From Candidatus Eiseniibacteriota bacterium (GTDB taxonomy: Bacteria; Eisenbacteria; RBG-16-71-46; CAZAMP01), in assembly GCA_965224245.1 (NCBI GenBank), contig OZ245046.1, positions 6,048,001 to 6,112,000 on the forward strand: a stretch of 64,000 bases of DNA, given 5' to 3'. Under the pieces are notes generated by a model. The model did no database searches, was not told the DNA's origin, and was given only the letters and a program-made list of their open reading frames with translations. The stretch's first letter is position 1. The number at the start of each line of letters is the position of its first letter. Shown here one piece after another: positions 62,343-64,000 of the stretch. A program made the position numbers and the translations under genes.

Positions 62343-62975
62343 GTGCGTTCGGAAAACTCAATCGAAGACGCGGGGTGCGTCCTGGCGTCAATCCGTCGGC
62401 TGGTTCGGGGCAAGATCGCTGTCATTCGGGATCTCACTACCCGGGAGGACTATGAGGACATCGTCTCGGAGGTCGCGGCCAGAGTCTACTCGCCGCGCGA
62501 CCGATACTCCAACGTGACCGGAACGGAGCTACAGAGGCTACTGGCCGTGATCGTGCGGTCGGTGGTGATCGACTTCATTCGCCGGGCGTGTCGTTCGAAG
62601 CGTGTCGCACCCGGCGGATGCTCCTCTCTCGACGCGGATGTGGACCCGGACGTCGTCGACGGCGACCTCGTCGGCGATCGCATCGCGGATCTGGGTGCGC
62701 TCACTCCTGAGCGGGTGACCACCGAGCGTGCCATCGACGAGCGCCTTGCTCTCCTGGGCGGTCGGCTCACGACGCGACAGCGGGCCATCCTCGCCGGCCT
62801 CGTCCGAGGCAACCGCAGAGCGGAGATTGCAGGTGACGTCAGCGTATCGCGTTCCACGCTGCACCGCGAGATCACCCGCATTCGGTCGCTGCTGCATGAT
62901 GACCAACTGCGCGAGTTGCTCGACGGCGATGAGACACATCGCGGGGCATTGTCGTTATCCAAGGTGGATGGTTGA
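62343..62975 (+). CDS. ECF-like sigma-70 family factor / HTH regulator
   Basis: Region-2-like EDYEDIVSEV...VIDFIRR; region-4 RAEIAGDVSVSRSTLHR. Confidence 0.7.
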   Translation: MRSENSIEDAGCVLASIRRLVRGKIAVIRDLTTREDYEDIVSEVAARVYSPRDRYSNVTGTELQRLLAVIVRSVVIDFIRRACRSKRVAPGGCSSLDADVDPDVVDGDLVGDRIADLGALTPERVTTERAIDERLALLGGRLTTRQRAILAGLVRGNRRAEIAGDVSVSRSTLHREITRIRSLLHDDQLRELLDGDETHRGALSLSKVDG

Positions 62976-62994
62976 CCACGATGAGGAGGGCTAG

Positions 62995-63321
62995 TTGCGA
63001 CGCATTTGCCGGTTCGATATTCCCGAGGCATCGGATCGAGAGCTACTCGAGTCTGGCCTGGCCCTTGCGGTTCTCTCAGCCGAGGGCGCGTTCGGCAGGG
63101 GCCGAGTGCGACTCGATGGTGCCTATGCCGTATCGGACGACGGACGCCACTGCGCGATCGATGTCGACACCGATGTCGGTCAGCACATCGCGGGTGTCGT
63201 AGTGGAGCTGCTGACGCGTGAGCTTGGCGAGGACGCATTCACGGTCACGCGCAAGCTCGTGTCGCCGGACGTGAAACAGTCGGAACAGAGGTTGAAGACG
63301 CTAGCGACGCAAGAGACCTGA
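62995..63321 (+). CDS. Hypothetical protein of the prophage-like module
   Basis: GAGGAGG SD and TTG; LALAVLSAEGAFGRGRVRLD...RELGEDAFTV. Confidence 0.65.
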   Translation: MRRICRFDIPEASDRELLESGLALAVLSAEGAFGRGRVRLDGAYAVSDDGRHCAIDVDTDVGQHIAGVVVELLTRELGEDAFTVTRKLVSPDVKQSEQRLKTLATQET

Positions 63322-63341
63322 GACCAAAGAGGACAAGAACG

Positions 63342-63480
63342 ATGCTACCGACTAAACCGACACCGCCGAGATTGCGCCTGGCGGAGTACACCGTGCTCCT
63401 CTACGGCCAAAGCAGGATCGGCAAGTCGGCCTTGGCCTCTGCAGCCCTCGACGCACTCTTCCCGGCCACCGAGGCCGAAC
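63342..63480 (+). pseudogene. Degenerate duplicate of the 5' end of the AAA_24 NTPase gene
   Basis: MLPTKPTPPRLRLAEYTVLLYGQSRIGKSALASAALDALFPATE aligns with the start of the downstream gene. Confidence 0.75.
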
Positions 63481-63543
63481 GGAGCGCGCCCGAGTTCGCC
63501 GACGTCGGAGAGGACACAAGGGATCTGGAGAAGGACCTTGAAG

Positions 63544-64000
63544 ATGCTGCCTACGACGAAAACGCCCCCGAAAAGCAATCTGTCCGACTACACGGTGCTC
63601 ATGTACGGCGCGACCAAGATCGGCAAGTCGACGTTCGCCGCCCAGGCCCCCGACGCGGTCTTCCTGGCCACCGAGCCCGGCCTCAATGCGCTCGACGTGT
63701 TCCAGGTGCCGATCCCCTCGTGGGTCGATCTCCTGGCGGCGTGCGCGGAGCTCTCGAAGGGCGAACACCCGTTCAAGACCGTCGTGATCGACACGATCGA
63801 CAACGCGTACCGCATGTGCGCCGAGCACATCTGCGGCCGGAACGGCGTCGACCACGAGGCGGACCTGCCTTACGGCAAGGGGTTCTCGCTGGTGCAGAAC
63901 GAGTTCCAGCGCGTGCTGACCAAGCTCTCGTTCATGCCGTGCGGTCTCATGCTGATCTCTCACGCCCAGGAGCGCGAGATCGAGACCCCGGGGGGCCGTC
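63544..64000 (+). CDS. AAA_24-family phage-type NTPase (partial, runs off right edge)
   Basis: Manual translation: MLPTTKTPPK...LMYGATKIGKST...FLATEPG...TVVIDTID...LISHAQE. Confidence 0.85.
   Translation, partial: MLPTTKTPPKSNLSDYTVLMYGATKIGKSTFAAQAPDAVFLATEPGLNALDVFQVPIPSWVDLLAACAELSKGEHPFKTVVIDTIDNAYRMCAEHICGRNGVDHEADLPYGKGFSLVQNEFQRVLTKLSFMPCGLMLISHAQEREIETPGGR

Larger units (their letters stand above)
48147..64000. mobile_element. tRNA-Asn-adjacent genomic island / prophage-like integrative element (right end outside window, left end inferred)
   Basis: Visibly relaxed GC and codon bias; serine and tyrosine recombinases, DUF2924, AAA_24 NTPase, nuclease cargo. Confidence 0.75.

Overview
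GC-rich bacterial chromosome segment. The secreted-protein repertoire (FlgD-Ig/T9SS-like tails and a short C-terminal ...[ST]WxxIKALY tag) suggests an FCB-related lineage such as Ca. Eisenbacteria, Krumholzibacteriota or Latescibacterota; this is inference only. Layout: (1) 1-6.1 kb: RND/MMPL transporter, ArsR regulator and DUF302 gene; an Lsa-like ABC-F gene with a leader uORF; an MtrC/OmcA-like multiheme cytochrome carrying an FlgD-type tail; one tagged secreted protein. (2) 6.5-27.6 kb: complete str-S10-spc-alpha ribosomal superoperon (rpsL to rplQ) with a structured RNA candidate between rpsG and fusA, an EF-Tu with a remodelled Switch I, and a uS5 with a long RG/RGG-repeat extension. (3) 27.8-48.1 kb: accessory region with many tandem repeats, an HNH gene, a decayed IS3 splitting a 46-bp array, a MacAB-like exporter and many secreted proteins. 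(4) tRNA-Asn followed by an island or prophage-like element (nucleases, tyrosine and serine recombinases, DUF2924, ECF-like sigma factor, AAA_24 NTPase) that runs off the right edge. Best novelty candidates are the short C-terminal sorting tag on five secreted proteins, mutually exclusive with the FlgD tail, and the CTD-bearing MtrC-like cytochrome. All calls come from reading the sequence; no searches were run.
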